Assembly: GCF_036971445.1 (NCBI RefSeq)
Contig: NC_091472.1
Span: forward strand, 2,852,001-2,916,000
Direction of reading: 5' to 3'
From: Narcine bancroftii
Taxonomy: Eukaryota
Length of the DNA stretch: 64,000 bases
The notes below the pieces were generated by a model, which was given only the letters and a program-made list of their open reading frames with translations, was not told where the DNA came from and ran no database searches. Each line of letters begins with the position of its first letter. Positions within the stretch are counted from its first letter, which is position 1. Positions 25,601 through 39,163 of the stretch are shown in pieces. A program made the translations under genes and the position numbers.

Positions 25601-28600
25601 AGGGAAATAACAAATACAGAAAAAGAATTAGCAATAAAGGAAGATACAACTAAAAGAAGAGAATTGACAGACAAGAAAATAAAATATGAAACATTACAAA
25701 CATATAAGGTGGAGAAGAACATAATGAAGACAAAACAGAAATATTATGAGCTAGGAGAAAAAACGCACAAAATACTAGCCTGGCAGATTAAGACAGAACA
25801 AACTAAAAGAACGGTATTGGCATCAAGGAAAAAGGACAAACAAATTACATATAATCCAACGGAGATCAACGAAAACTTCAGGGAATTCTACTAACAACTA
25901 TATCAAACTGAAAACAAAGGGAAAGAAGACAAAATAGATGAATTTCTAACTAAAATTGAACTACCGAAATTACAAATAGAGGAGCAAAATAAATTAATAA
26001 AACCATTTGAAATAGAAGAAATACAGGAGATATTAAAAAAAACTACTGAACAATAAAATGCCGGGAGAGGATGGACTCCCAATAGAATTCTATAAAACAT
26101 TTAAAGACTTATTGATTCCTCCTCTCCTGGAAATAATGAACCAGATTCATGCAAAACAGCAATAATTACAGTAATACCAAAGACGGGGAAAGATCCACTC
26201 GCACCAGCATCATATAGACCAATATCTCTACTTTACTCAGATTATAAGATAATAGCTAAACGATTAGCAAACAGATTGGCCAACTGTATATCAAAAATAG
26301 TAAAACTAGATCAAACTGGATTTATTAAAAAAAGATGAACAGCGGACAATATCTGTAAATTCATTAACTTAATCCATGCAGTACAAGGAAACAAAACTCC
26401 AACAGTAGCGGTTGCTTTAGATGCAGAGAAAGCCTTTGACAGAGTAGAATGGAATTATTTATTCAAATATCTACAAAACTTTAACCTACCTGAGAAATAT
26501 ATTGATTGGATTAAAGCATTTTATAAGGGACCATTGGCGAAAGTGACAGTAAATGGATATATATCAAAACAATTTAACTTAAGCAGATCAACAAGGCAGG
26601 GATGTCCACTATCTCCCTCACTATTCACATTAGCTATAGAACCACTAGCAGAACTGATAAGAACAGAAAATAAAATAAGAGGGATAAAAATATAAGAGAA
26701 GGAATATAAAGTCAGTCTATTTGCAGATTACGTTATAATATACTTAACAGAACCAGAAATATCAATAAAAGAATTACATAAGAAATTGAAGGAATATGGA
26801 GAAGTATTGGGGTACAAGACCAACGCAAATAAAAGTGAAGCGATGCCAATGAATAATGTGGATTTCACAAAGTTTAAGAAAGAATCACCATTTAGATGGC
26901 AAACACAAGCAATTCGATACCTAGGTATACCACTAAATAATAATCTCGGCCATCTATATAAACTAAATTATCAGCCATTAATGAAAAAATTACAAGACGA
27001 CTTAGAGCATTGGAAAGACTTACCACTAACACTGATAGGAAGGATAAACTGTATTAAAATGAACATTTTCCCAAGGATACAATACCTATTTCAGTCATTA
27101 CCAATTCACCTAACAGAGAAATTCTTCAAGGAGCTAAAGAAAATAATAAGGAAATTCTTATGGAAAGGGGGGAAACCGAGGATACCACTAGATAAATTAA
27201 CAGAATGGTACAAACAAGGAGGCTTACAGCTACCAAACTTTAAGAATTATTATAGAGCAGCACAATTAAGATATCTAACAGATTTTTATCAAACAAAGGG
27301 AAAACCAGATTGGACCAGATTAGAACTAGATTAAATAAGGGAGAAGATACCTGAACATATACTATATACGTGGGATGAAAAGCTGGTGCAACATAGAAGT
27401 TCACCAGTATTGCACCATCTGCTCAACATTTGGAAGAAGATTCATGTAGAAAGGAATAAAATAAATTACCAACTACCAAAATTAATATTGACGCAAGATC
27501 AATTAATCCCTTTCACAATAAATAACCTTTCCTTCAGAGAATGGGAGAGAAAAGGGATCAAAAGAATAGAAAATTGTTTTTCGGGAAATAAATTATTATC
27601 TTTTGAACAAATTAAGGACAAATATAATGTAACTCACTATACAGTGTTTGCATACCACCAACTGAAAACCTACTTGAAGGACAAATTGGGAAACAGTCTG
27701 AGGTTACCAGAGGGAAGTAATTTTGAATATGTGATTACAGACACCATGATAATTAAAAAATTTATAACAAACATGTACATCAAACTGCAAAGAAGGAAAA
27801 TGAGGAAACAAATGGTAAACCTAAACAAAAATGGGAACAAGATCTAAACATAAAGATAAAGTATGAAAAATGGGAAAAGCTATGCTCCGGTACTATGAGA
27901 AATACAATAAACACGAGGTTAGGCGTAATACAATATAATTGGTTACACACCCCAAAAGTTAAATAAATGGGACCCAACAGTATCAGACAGATGTTTTCGC
28001 TGTAAGAAGGAAACGGGAACAACAGAACATGCAATTTGGGCATGTGAGAATGTGGAAAAGTTTTGTGAAGATCTAAATCAGGTATTAAATAAAATCACAA
28101 AAAGCAACATACCAAAAACTCCAGAGATCTTTCTTCTAAGTAGTATAAGAAGTAAAGAATTTGGCCTCGATTTGGATGGAGCACAAAAAAGATTTATTAT
28201 ATAGCCTTAGCTGTAGCAAAATATTGTATAATGTCAACCTGGAAATCAGAAGAGAGCCTGAGAATACAGCAATGGTACATAGAAATAAATAAATGTATTC
28301 CATTAGAAAAAATAACATATAATTTAAGAAATAACATCACAGTATTCGAACAAATATGGGAACCGTACATGGAACACAAGAGAGGGCCTACTGCGGACCT
28401 CCACCACCTCAAATGACAGAAGGAGAAGACAACAAAATGAACTGACTCAGTAAAATTTCTTGTTTATTTTTATTAACTGACAACATTGTTTAACGGGTTT
28501 AATGTATCTTATAGATTGAACTTTAAATAAATGGGAAGGGGAGGGGTGAGGGAGGGGGGAAAAAGGGGAGAAAATGACACTGTATATATTCAAGAGAAAA

Positions 28601-28651
28601 AATATTTTGGTCAGTATGGTTTATAGTGTGAAAAATGAAAAAAATTAAAAA
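22676..28651 (+). mobile_element. Near-full-length L1-clade LINE with 5' inversion (5'UTR/ORF1/endonuclease on minus at 22676-about 25130; rest of ORF2, 3'UTR and A-tail on plus at about 25145-28651)
   Basis: ORF1 L1-type motifs (ENYSRRNNIKIVG, IERAHR), APE endonuclease (NINGI, QETHL, GGDFN, SDH), RT (RQGCPLSP, FAD), A-rich tail. 15-bp TSD aaa(g/t)aactgagctcg at 22661-22675 and 28652-28666. Confidence 0.93.
24724..24779 (-). mobile_element. About 55-bp CR1 3' tail inserted in L1 ORF1
   Basis: Reverse complement nearly identical to the CR1 tail at 45614-45670 (actagtaggg...gtggttatatggttatatgg). Confidence 0.8.
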
Positions 28652-28814
28652 AAATAACTGAGCTCGGGGGCAGACAGCAGCCCTGCAAAGTGATTCGAAG
28701 GTGCAGAATATTCCGAAATATCGAGGAGGTTTTATGGAGCCTTTGGTTTGAAATTATTATCATTATCCTGTGGTTCCTCCTCTGTTCTGATCTCTGGTTC
28801 CTTCCCACCAACAG

Positions 28815-29177
28815 GTCTGAAAGCAACTACAGAGCTAATCCAATCCCCAGCGGCCATGAAGGTGCGTGAAGGTCACACGGTTCAGATACGATGTGTCCTG
28901 AACAGCACCAATGTGAAGGTCACTGTGGAGAAATCTGATGTACACTGGTACAACTCACCTGATAAACTAACACAACGAGGAATAGTACTTAGTCTTTACA
29001 CCGATGGCCATGTTTACAGGAAATGGGGCTTCTCCAAGCGATTTCAGCTTTCCAGGGATATGGCCCACAACAGCTACGTACTGACCATCAATAACGTGAT
29101 GGTTAAGGACTCTGATAATTACATCTGTGGCATCTGGGGCACACTCTTTGGAATGGGAACCAAGCTGAATGTGACCA
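28815..29177 (+). CDS. Ig V-set domain exon 1, germline V-J joined (antigen-receptor-like)
   Basis: Acceptor ttcccaccaacag|G and donor ACCA|GTAAGT, phase 1-1, 363 nt open. Motifs: LIQSP, B-strand Cys (QIRC), VHWY, RF.LSRD, Y.LTI, DSDNYIC, then J-like FGMGTKLNVT in the same exon. The ORF-track start at 28748 is an intronic TTG. Confidence 0.93.
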
Positions 29178-29289
29178 GTAAGTACTCTACCTCAGGGAAA
29201 ACACGAGAGTCTGCATACACCGTGGATGAATTAAAAACACAATGTTGGAGGAACTCAGCAGGTCAAACAGTGTCCTTTATGTAGCAAAG

Positions 29290-29412
29290 ATATAGAAACA
29301 TAGAAAGATAGAAGATAGGAGCAGGAGTAGGTCATTCGACCCTTCGAGCCTGCTCCGCCATTCAACGAGATCATGGCTGATCTTAAAGTTCAGTACCCCG
29401 TCCCTGCCTTCT
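29290..29412 (-). mobile_element. CR1 3' tail
   Basis: Nearly identical to 7060-7175. Confidence 0.85.
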
Positions 29413-31821
29413 AACTAACGTGATACACTATTAATACTTTCCAAAGACTGGAAGTTGCCAGACCACAGGCTATAGACAATACTTTCCTTCTTCTATTATA
29501 TCCTAATTTCATCTTCTAAAGCAGGAGCTGCGATATCCCAAATTTCTATCTCTTTAATCCAACAAATCAAACTGTGTTGCTGTTATTTTATGTAGTTTTA
29601 ATTCATGGATTACACAGATAAACATTTTTCATAGTTTCGCATTAAAACTTTCATAACGATGAATCACAAAACGTTTACTGTATAAAGATACAAAAAATAT
29701 AAAAAGCTTCAAAGAGATAAAATTTGAAGAAACATTTCACATGCTCACATTTCCTTCACATCTCACAGAATAATGAGCAAATTATTAGTCTGGGCAGATA
29801 TTGCAACATGTTACAACTAAGAGTTAAAAACACCATATTTTAACCTTTACATTCCGATCCCTAATTATTATAATACACATTAATAGCTAATCTATATTCA
29901 TTACTATGTACAATGTAAATATGTAAGTATAAGATTAGAAATCTAGACTTTCAACTTCCTGTAGAAGACATTTTAATCCGCACTTGCTGAACAAAACCTT
30001 TCTTGTCTGGAACTGTGTTCCCAATTCTCACCAGCAACCAAGAATTTCTTGGTGCAGAATCGTTCATGATAATTACAATATCTCCACATACAAAATTAAA
30101 TTTAGCTTTAGACCATTATTGTCATTCTTGTAATAACAAAAGATATTCTTTAATCCATCTTTTCCAAAATAAATCTGAATTAAATTGCACTTGTTTCCAT
30201 CTGTGTCTCTCATAAAAATTTTTTGAAATTGACCTTTTTTTTCATGTATATGTCGAACAATCAAATCAGAAACATGAAATTCTTTAGCTAATATAATTGG
30301 ATGTTTCACTTCTTCTGACATTATTGCTTTTTCCAATCTTCCTCCTACTCTCAATACATCATTTCCCAGAATAGGATTCACCTTGTAAACATGACTTGTT
30401 TTCGTAATATTCAGATTCTTTAATTTTGATATCTCGTTATCAAAGCCTCTTTCTGACCAAAATGAATTATTTCCAATTCAGCATTTGCCAGCTCGTCAAC
30501 TGTTAGGGAACAGCTCTTTTGAGTCTTCAGATTATCTTTCTTGATACGATTTAAAAGCATAGTTTTAACCTCAGAATCCATGCCACTGCCTTTATATAAA
30601 AAAAAACCATGAAGAGTGATTGCAAATTAATTAAGTGATCGGAGCATTTTCATTAGATATTTGAATAGTATTAACATTAATGTTTTGCATTTCTGGATCA
30701 TCCATAGAAATTATTTTTAATTCTTCCAGATTTTGAAGCCATTCTGCTTGAGATGGCGAAAGAAATTGAGGACCGGACACCCATATATTGGCTCATGAAG
30801 CTATGTCAGCTGGATTATCTAATGTTTTAATATATCTCCATTGATTAGCTTGCAAAACCTTCTGAATCTCATTAATTCTGTTGGTCACAAAGATACTAAA
30901 CCTTGTGGTTTTGTTATTAATGTATTTAAGCACTGATGTACCATCAGTCCAAAACATAGAGTCTGTTAACTCCATCTGTAAATCTCTTCTTAACACAGTC
31001 TCCATTTTGCTCGCCGTAGTAGCGGCCGTCAATTCCATTCAAGGTGTGGTGATTGGCTTTAATGGAGCCGTTCTGGCTTTTTCCATTACAATCCACAATC
31101 TACTCGCTCTTGGTTATTTCTCAGTTTGTAACTGGCAGTTACAAAAGCACCTTCGCTTGCATCAATAAAGTGGTGTAACTGAGCAAATGTGGCAACTCCA
31201 AAGTCTGTTGGTTTAAACCATCTGTTGACTTCAACAATTTCTAACATCTCAATCCTATTTATCCAATCGTGTGTGATGGATTCTGGTATAGTTTCATCCC
31301 ATCCAAATATCCTTCAGCACAATTCTTCGAGAATTTTCTTGGCTATTAATATTCCCAAAGGATGGTATATTGAGCATATAATTGAAAGAATTCTTCTTCT
31401 TGTTCAAGGCAATTCTTTCAAAACAATTTTGAATTTGGAAACATCAGATTGAACACCCCATTGTGCCCCCAGAATTCGTTCAACAGGTAGAACATCACAA
31501 TCCAAGTCCAGATGTTTTATCTCCTTTGCTCTTTCTGCCTCAGGAATAACGGCCAACACATCTCGACTGTTGCAAATCCATTTCGTAAGGAAGAAACCTC
31601 CTTTATTACAGATCTCCTTTAACTCATGATAAAGATTTATTGCTCCTTTTTGTGAAACCACTGAAGTGAGATGATCATCAACATAGAAATTATTTTTATA
31701 GTTTGAGAATGAAATTGCTCTTCTTCATCTTCAGCACATTTCCTGACACCAAATTTGCACAATTCGGTGATGAAGTTGCTCCCAATAGACAGACTATCAT
31801 TCTGTATTCAATCATATCTTA

Positions 31822-34800
31822 ACTTGAAATAGAAGAAATACAGGGGATATTAAAAAAAAACTACTGAACAATAAAACACTGGGAGAGGATGGACTCCCAA
31901 TAGAATTCTATAAAACATTAAAAGACTTATTAATTTCTCCTCTCTTGGAAGTAATGAACCAGATTCATGCCAGATTCATGCAAAACAGCAATAATTACAG
32001 TAATACCAAAGATGGGGAAAGATCCACTAACACCAGCATAATATAGACCAATATCTCTACTTAACACAGATTATAAGATAATAGCTAAACTATTGGCAAA
32101 CAGATTGGCCAACTGTGTACCAAAAATAGTAAAACTAGACCAAACTGGATTTATTAAAAAAAGATGAACAATGGACAATATCTGTAAATTCATTAACTTA
32201 ATCCATGCAGTACAAGGAAACAAAACTCCAACAGTAGCAGTTGCTTTAGATGCAGAGAAAGCCTTTGACAGAGTAGAATGGAATTAGTTATTCAAAGTAC
32301 TACAAAAATTCAACCTACCTGAGAAATATATTAATTGGATTAAAGCATTTTATAAGGGACCATTGGCGAAAGTGACAGTAAATGGATATATATCAAAACA
32401 ATTTAACTTAAGCAGATCAACAAGGCAGGGATGTCCACTATCTCCCTCACTATTCGCATTAGCTATAAAACCACTAGCACAACTGATAAGAACAGAAAAT
32501 AAAATAAGAGGGATAAAAATATAAGAGAAGGAATATAAAGTCAGTCTATTTGCAGATTACGTTATAATATACTTAACAGAACCAGAATAGGAACAGGAGT
32601 AGGCCAAAAATGGCCCATCGAGCCTGCTCCGCCATTCAATACGATCATGGCTGATCTAATTTATGACCTAACTCCACCTACCTGCCTTCTCCCCATATCC
32701 GCTAATTCTTCTATCATGCACAAGCCCTCCCAAGTCCCTCTGCACAACCACATGCTGGAGTTTTTCACCCTTTAAATCATATTCAGCTCTTTTATTTTTC
32801 TTGCCAAAGTGGATCACCTCACACTGACTAACATTGTACTCCATCTGCCAGACCTTTGCCCACTCATCCAGCTTAACTCGATCCCTCTGCAGACTCTCCA
32901 CATCCTCATTACAATTTGCTCTTCCACTCAATTTGGTGTCATCTGCAAACTTGGCTACACCACATTTTGTCCCCTCCTCCAAGTCATCAATGTAAATGAT
33001 GAACAGTTGTGGGCCTAACACCGACCCCTGCGGCACCCCACTTACCACTCTCTGCCCACCTGAAAAACTCCCATTTATCCCGACTCTCTGCCTCCTGTCA
33101 GACAACCAATTTTCAATCCAGGCCAATAGACTTCCCCGGACTTCACTTTCCTGTAATTTACTGAGAAGTCTCTTGTGCGGCACCTTATCAAACGCTTTCT
33201 GGAAATCCAAATAGACAACATCAACCTGTTCCCCTCTATCCACCACACCCATTATATCCTCAAAGAATCCTAACAAGTTTGTCAAACAAGATCTTCCCTT
33301 TCTAAAACCATGCTGCGTCTGCCTGATTGAACCCTTACCTTCCAAAAGTTTCACTCGTTCATCTTTAATGACGGCTTCAAGCATTTTTCCAACTACAGAT
33401 GTCAAGCTAATTGGCCGATAATTTCCAGTCTTCTGTCTACATCCCTTCTTAAAAAGTGGCGTGACATTTGCTGTCTTCCAGTCTGCCGGGACCTGCCCAG
33501 AATCCAAGGAATTTTGGTCTATGACCACCAATGCATCAACTCTAACTTCTGCCATTTCCTTCAGAACCCTTGGATGCATATCATCAGGACCAGGTGATCT
33601 GTCTGGCTTTAGTCCCATTAGCTTCTCCATCACTACTTCCTTTGTAACAACTATTTTATCAAGGCCCTCTCCAACATTCGCTTCCTTAACTCCGCACTTG
33701 GGCATGCTGGACGTGTCTTCCACCGTGAAGACTGACAAAATATTTGTTCAATGCCTCAGCCATTTCCTCATATTTTGCTACCAGTTTTCCTTTCTCATCC
33801 TCCAAGGGTCCTATGTTAACTCTGGCCACCCTCTTCCATTTTATATCTTTATAAAATTTTTTGCTTTCTGTTTTTATATTTTGTGCCAATTGACTTTCAT
33901 AATCCTTTTTCCCATTTCTTATTACCCGCTTTGTTGTCTCTTAGAATTTTCCCAATCTTCCAGTTTCCCACTGCTCTTTGCAGCTTTGTACACCTGCACC
34001 TTCAATTTTATACTCTCCTTTATTTCCTTTGTTAACCACGGTTGATTTTTCCCTCCCTTCTGCCCCTTTTTCTGACCGGAATATATTTTTGTTGCGCATT
34101 ACAAAATATTTCTTTGAAAATCTTCCACTGTTCCTCAACTGTTTCATCAATGAGCCTGTGCTCCCAGTCCACTCTGCCCAATTCCTCCCTCATCCTATGG
34201 TCGTCACCCCTGTTTAAGGATAATCTATTCGTTTTAGATCTAACTCTTTCCCCTTCCATCTGAATGAGAAATTCAATCATACTGTGATCGCTATTTCCCA
34301 GATGCTCTCTGACTATTACATCATTTACTCTCCCTATCTCATTGCACAACACGAGATCCAGGAGAGCATTTTCTCTTGTGGGTTCCTTAACCTGCTGCTC
34401 AAGGAAGCCATCGCGGATGCATTCTATGAAGTCCTCTTCCAGACTCCCATGACCAACTTGATTTTCCCAATCTATGCGGAAGTTAAAGTCCCCCATGACA
34501 ACTGCCGTATCATTATTACATGCCTCACTTATCTCTCTATTTATTTCCTGTGCCACTAAACTATTGTTATTTGGTGGGCGATAGATAACACCCACCAATA
34601 ATTTTTTCCCTTTGTTATTCTTTATCTCTACCCAAATGGACTCAACATTATGCTCTTTAGATCTTACATCATCCCTCACTACTGCCTGGAGCTCCTCTTT
34701 GATTAAGAGTGCAACTCCACCTCCCTTACCATCCTGTCGATCTCTTTGCACCACCTGATACCCTTGAAAGTTTAATTCCCATTTAGGGTCACCTTGTAGC

Positions 34801-35534
34801 CATGTTTCCGTGATGGTGACCCAGTCATAGGCATGGGTACCAATTTGCGCCTCAAGTTTACTAACCTTATTTCTACATGCAATTTGGGCATGTGAGAAAG
34901 TGGAAAAATTTTGGGAAGATCTAAACCCGATATTAAATAAAATCACAATAAACAACATCCCAAAAAATCCAGAGATCTTTCTTCTAAGTAATATAAGTAA
35001 AGAACTAGGTCTCGATTTGGGTGGAGCACAAAAAAGATTTATTATGATAGCCTTAGCTGTAGCAAAAAAAATGTATAATATCAACTTGGAAATCAGAGGA
35101 GAGCCTGAGAATACAGAAATGGTACATGGAAATGAATAAATGTATTCCATTAGAAAAAATATCATATAATTTAAAAAATAACATCACATTATTCGAACAA
35201 ATATGGGAACCGTACATGAAATACAATAGAGAAATCCTACCACGGACCTCCACTGCCTAAAATGACAGAAGGAGAAGAGAACGAAATGAACTGACCCAGT
35301 GTGTAAAAGTACAAGATAAAAATGTTTTTTTTATATTGAGTGACGACATTGTTTAACGGGTTTAATGTATCTTATAGATTGAACTTTGAATAAATGGGGA
35401 AGGGGGGGTTGAGGGAGGGAGGAAAGGAAGGGAGGTAAAGGGGAGAAAATGACACTATATATTCAAGAGAAAAATGTCTGTATATATTTTGGTCAGTATG
35501 GTTTATAGTGTGAACATTTAAAAAAAAAAAAAAA
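31822..35534 (+). mobile_element. 5'-truncated L1 (same family as 22676-28651) nested in the BEL element and interrupted by a CR1
   Basis: 31822-32587 matches 26005-26757; 34875-35534 matches 28027-28650. Poly-A tail. Imperfect TSD aatcatatctt / aatcctgtctt. Confidence 0.9.
32588..34874 (-). mobile_element. CR1 LINE (endonuclease plus RT, with a 3' internal deletion) nested in the L1
   Basis: ORFs 34032-35165 (ITETW, GDFN, SDH) and 32668-33738 (NYRPISLT, QGSVLGP, FADD). Confidence 0.93.
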
Positions 35535-37074
35535 TCCTGTCTTTACTGTAATCGCCATTAGGCCTTTTATATAATTATTTAAAAATCACGATCTTCTGAT
35601 GGTCCTTTCACTTGATGAACCATCGCTTCAATATCTGCAGTAATTACAATAGGCGCTTTACAGAATCCTATCAGACGCCTATTAAAGTACTGGTTTACAT
35701 TGGACCTTTTAGAAGATGAGAATCAAATGACACTCCTTGAAATGATGCTCCACCATCAAATACTACACGTAGTGTCTCCTTTTGTGGATGTTTAACTCCA
35801 TGATGAGGTAAATGCCATTTTCTACCATCTTTACATTCCAAGATACCTTCAGATACCTTTTCTTCGTATCCCTTGGTTATCATGTCCAACATGACGTTTG
35901 TATAATCCAAATGAAAGGTAGAATTTCTTTTGAATTTTCTCTTCAAATTCAGCACACACTATTCTGCAATTATTTTATTATCTGGCATGCAGATTTCCCT
36001 TTCCTTCAAGGGTAATACTATACAGTAATGACCATCAACACGTTTCACAGAATTTGAAATTAAATCCAGAAACAGCTTGTCCTCCTTCAAAGGTTCTTGA
36101 ATAACTGTGAGATATTCAGGAAAATCAATTTTAAACTGTTGTTCCCACAGATCATAAAGTTTCCCAACTAAAATTCTGTGGACATTCATATTCAACGACC
36201 CCCTGATCATTATTCATTTTTCCTCCTAATGGTCCATGAATTGTCCATCCAAACAATGTTCTCATGGCATAAGGTCCATCATTTTGACTCCTTCTGAGGT
36301 TTGAGAGCTTTGGGTGCATCTAATCCAATTAACATCTCGATCTTGGAATCAATCTTAGGCAAGAGAACGTCTTTTAGATGATCCCACTGTTTGATATCAT
36401 CCTGATAGGGAATATTCTCCTTATTCACGGGCACAGTCTTCTGAGTATATACACTTGGAAGATCCCAAAATTCATTGCTATTTGATCCAGCAATCTGTGA
36501 ATCTGCAACTATATTAGTTTCAATGTTCCTTTCATCATTCACTCTCTTCAGTAAGATCTTTGATCTTTTTCCATGAAGATTAAGTTTATTCATTCATTCA
36601 ACAGTACAAAATGATGTAGTACTCCCTGGATGAAGAAATGTGTAGGTCTTCAGTATGAAGATCACCTTTTTAGCTTTAACCTGCACAGGAACTATTGAGA
36701 GGGCTTTGTCGCCAGCCCCAGTGAGACAGTTTGTCTGAACCAAAGCTGAAGCATCCTCTTTGACTGTGTCTTTAGCCTTGGATTCAGATTGTTTGACTTC
36801 CTTCTCAACTTTACTTCATTGAGTATGCAGTAAACTTGGGATGTTTTAAACTGCATATATCACAACTGGGTCGCTTATTACAAGTTTTGCTGATGTGTCC
36901 TTTACACAAGCAACCAGAACATTTTCCATTCTTCTTTAAAAAGATTAATTTCTCATTATATTATCTTTTCTCCAATTGTGAATATCTTTCTGAAGCATGT
37001 CTATCTTTGCCTTACAACCAGATTCCCCGAACAGTCTGATCTTACTTCTCCTTTGCTTCATTGTTCTTTCCTGT

Positions 37075-37350
37075 GCTTGTATCTGATATCGCCTCAAACC
37101 GTGCATCTTGGCGCCTCACAGTTTGGCGGGCAGCAACCTCCTTTGAAGAAGACCGCAGAGCCTACCTCACTGACAAAAGGCAAAGGAGGAAAAACCCAAC
37201 ACCCAACCCCAACCCACCAATTTTCCCCTGCAACCGCTGCAATCGTGTCTGCCTGTCCCGCATTGGACTTGTCAGCCACAAACGAGCCTGCAGCTGACGT
37301 GGACTTTTTACCCCCTCCATAAATCTTCGTCCGCGAAGCCAAGCCAAGCC
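37075..37350 (+). mobile_element. RTE-clade LINE 3' end
   Basis: C-terminal CNRCNRVCLSRIGLVSHKRAC finger and (gccaa)n tail. Confidence 0.75.
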
Positions 37351-37679
37351 ATCTGACATAACAATAAAGAAGGTCCTTCCCTTTGGTTTCTGTTGAGACG
37401 ATGACTCAGTCTTCTTTACATCTTTTGGAACTATTGAAATATCCTTAATATTTACAATTACTGATGCAGTGTTTACATGCACATGCCATTCCAAAAAATG
37501 TACAGCATTTCTGGGAGGAATCTTAAACTCTGCAACTTTGGTTCTCCAAAAATCCTTCAGCTTATAAGGCAATTTATTTATCATAATTATATCAACCATA
37601 TAGCAATTTACAGTAAGGAAACAGGCCATATCGGCCCTTTTATTCCACACTGATTTTCGTAAAACTCCACTAGTTCCAC

Positions 37680-39163
37680 TATATTGGATAAATATTGGGA
37701 GGAATTTGGTAAAATTAGAGTAGGTTACATACATACACACATTTTGAAACAGATCTTATTTGAAAGACTGAAGAATTCATGTTCAAGAACATTGCAGGAT
37801 CTTTGGAGACTTTTATGCACATTTCAGAAGTAGGTGCTAATTGAAATGATGTCATGAAATGAATAGACCATTGTTTGGAATTGGAGACAGGCTAGATGGT
37901 GTTAGGTCTGCTTTGTTCATGAATGAGTGAGACAAACACCAGACTGAGTCGAAATCAGGGTTCTTTGTTCTTTATTACCGGATTGTAACACTTGCGACTA
38001 ACAAAGTTAGTCGGAGAATGCATTCTGCCGTTATCAGCAAAATGGTGATTTTTTATACCCTTGGATATGTGCTTAGAACATCATCATATCATTACTTGTC
38101 CAATGACTAAAACTGTTGCTATCCTTTCCCTGCTAGCTTCCTGCCTCTCAATCCATCAATGTCTCTCTTATCTTGTAAGTACAAGGATGCATTCACATCT
38201 TGTTACAGCCCTGTACATTCCCATCTCATGATGTTTTACCTAACAGGAGTACAAGGACACCTCCCCTTCTTGTTACTGCCCTGTACAGGGTAACTCCCTA
38301 CACATTCCCATCTCATGATGTTTTACCTTACAATGGTTGGATAACTACAAGGCCTCTGACCTTTCTGCAAAGTGCTCACGGAAAGGTCAACCCTGGGGTT
38401 TGTTTACCTAAGACAACAGTTTGACCAAGAGAGGAGAACTCCTGTGTTTGCTGAAGTAGGTGGGGTTTTTTTACAAGAGAGAGAGTTACATAGGCTTTCT
38501 GGCAGTCTCAGTTGGAGAGAGAGAGAGAAGACAAGTTCAAGAAGTTCACTTAGCTAGTGCTTGTGACATTGGAAGCAGCTGAACAGTGCAAGCCAGGAAG
38601 CTGATTGGAAACAGAAAACTCCAGAGCAGTGGATGGCTGGAAGAGCTATCTGTCTGATGTTTCTCTTGGAATAAGTGGAGAAGAAAAGAACTCTGTGATA
38701 GCCTGTAAGAAAGAGGTTACCATCTGGAGAACCCTGATGGGGCAAGTTCCATCAGAAAGACATTGAGGTGAATAATGGTGGTACCTCAGTTGTGGAAATC
38801 CTGGACAACAAATCTATCTATGGAAACCCTACAAGAACCTTCCTGAGCGGTAAACATTTACCTTTCGAGCACCAAAGCCTGGTGAACTTCATACATGTTA
38901 AATTCAGTGCACAGTATAAGAATTGCCTGGAACCAGAGAATTTGAAACAAGGCGAAGTGAGATTTAAGTGTGAACCAAAAAACTTATCTTAAATATTTAC
39001 ACACATTACATACACGTGCACTTAGAATTAGAAGGGGGTTAATTTGGGTTAGTTACGTATTTTCATGTTTAAAGTTAATTAAAAATAATTTTTGTTTTAA
39101 AAACTACTTGTCTTTGTGACTGTCTATTGCTGCTGGGTTTTGGGGTCCTTTGGGCACGTAACA
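37680..39163 (+). mobile_element. Solo LTR (Gypsy-like) inserted in the CR1 3' UTR
   Basis: Ends ...cgtaaCA. 4-bp TSD CCAC at 37676-37679 and 39164-39167. The 5' TG has decayed to TA. Confidence 0.7.
37900..38332 (-). mobile_element. Second solo LTR nested within the first
   Basis: TG...CA termini. 4-bp TSD ATGG at 37896-37899 and 38333-38336. Partial duplication of its right end. tttatt (AATAAA on minus) at about 37971. Confidence 0.75.

Noticed and set aside
28921-28927. RSS heptamer CACTGTG inside V1 (also at 7036, and CACAGTG at 2162)
   Set aside because: No nonamer at 12 or 23 bp spacing, and the position (CDR1, or unrelated DNA) does not fit V(D)J joining.
28748-29284. ORF-track proteins 28748-29284 and 63169-63663 as single-exon genes
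   Set aside because: They start at TTG/GTG and read through introns; the true exon limits are set by the splice sites.
34032-35165. 377-aa ORF as a novel fusion protein
   Set aside because: Chance read-through from antisense L1 sequence into a CR1 endonuclease at an insertion junction.
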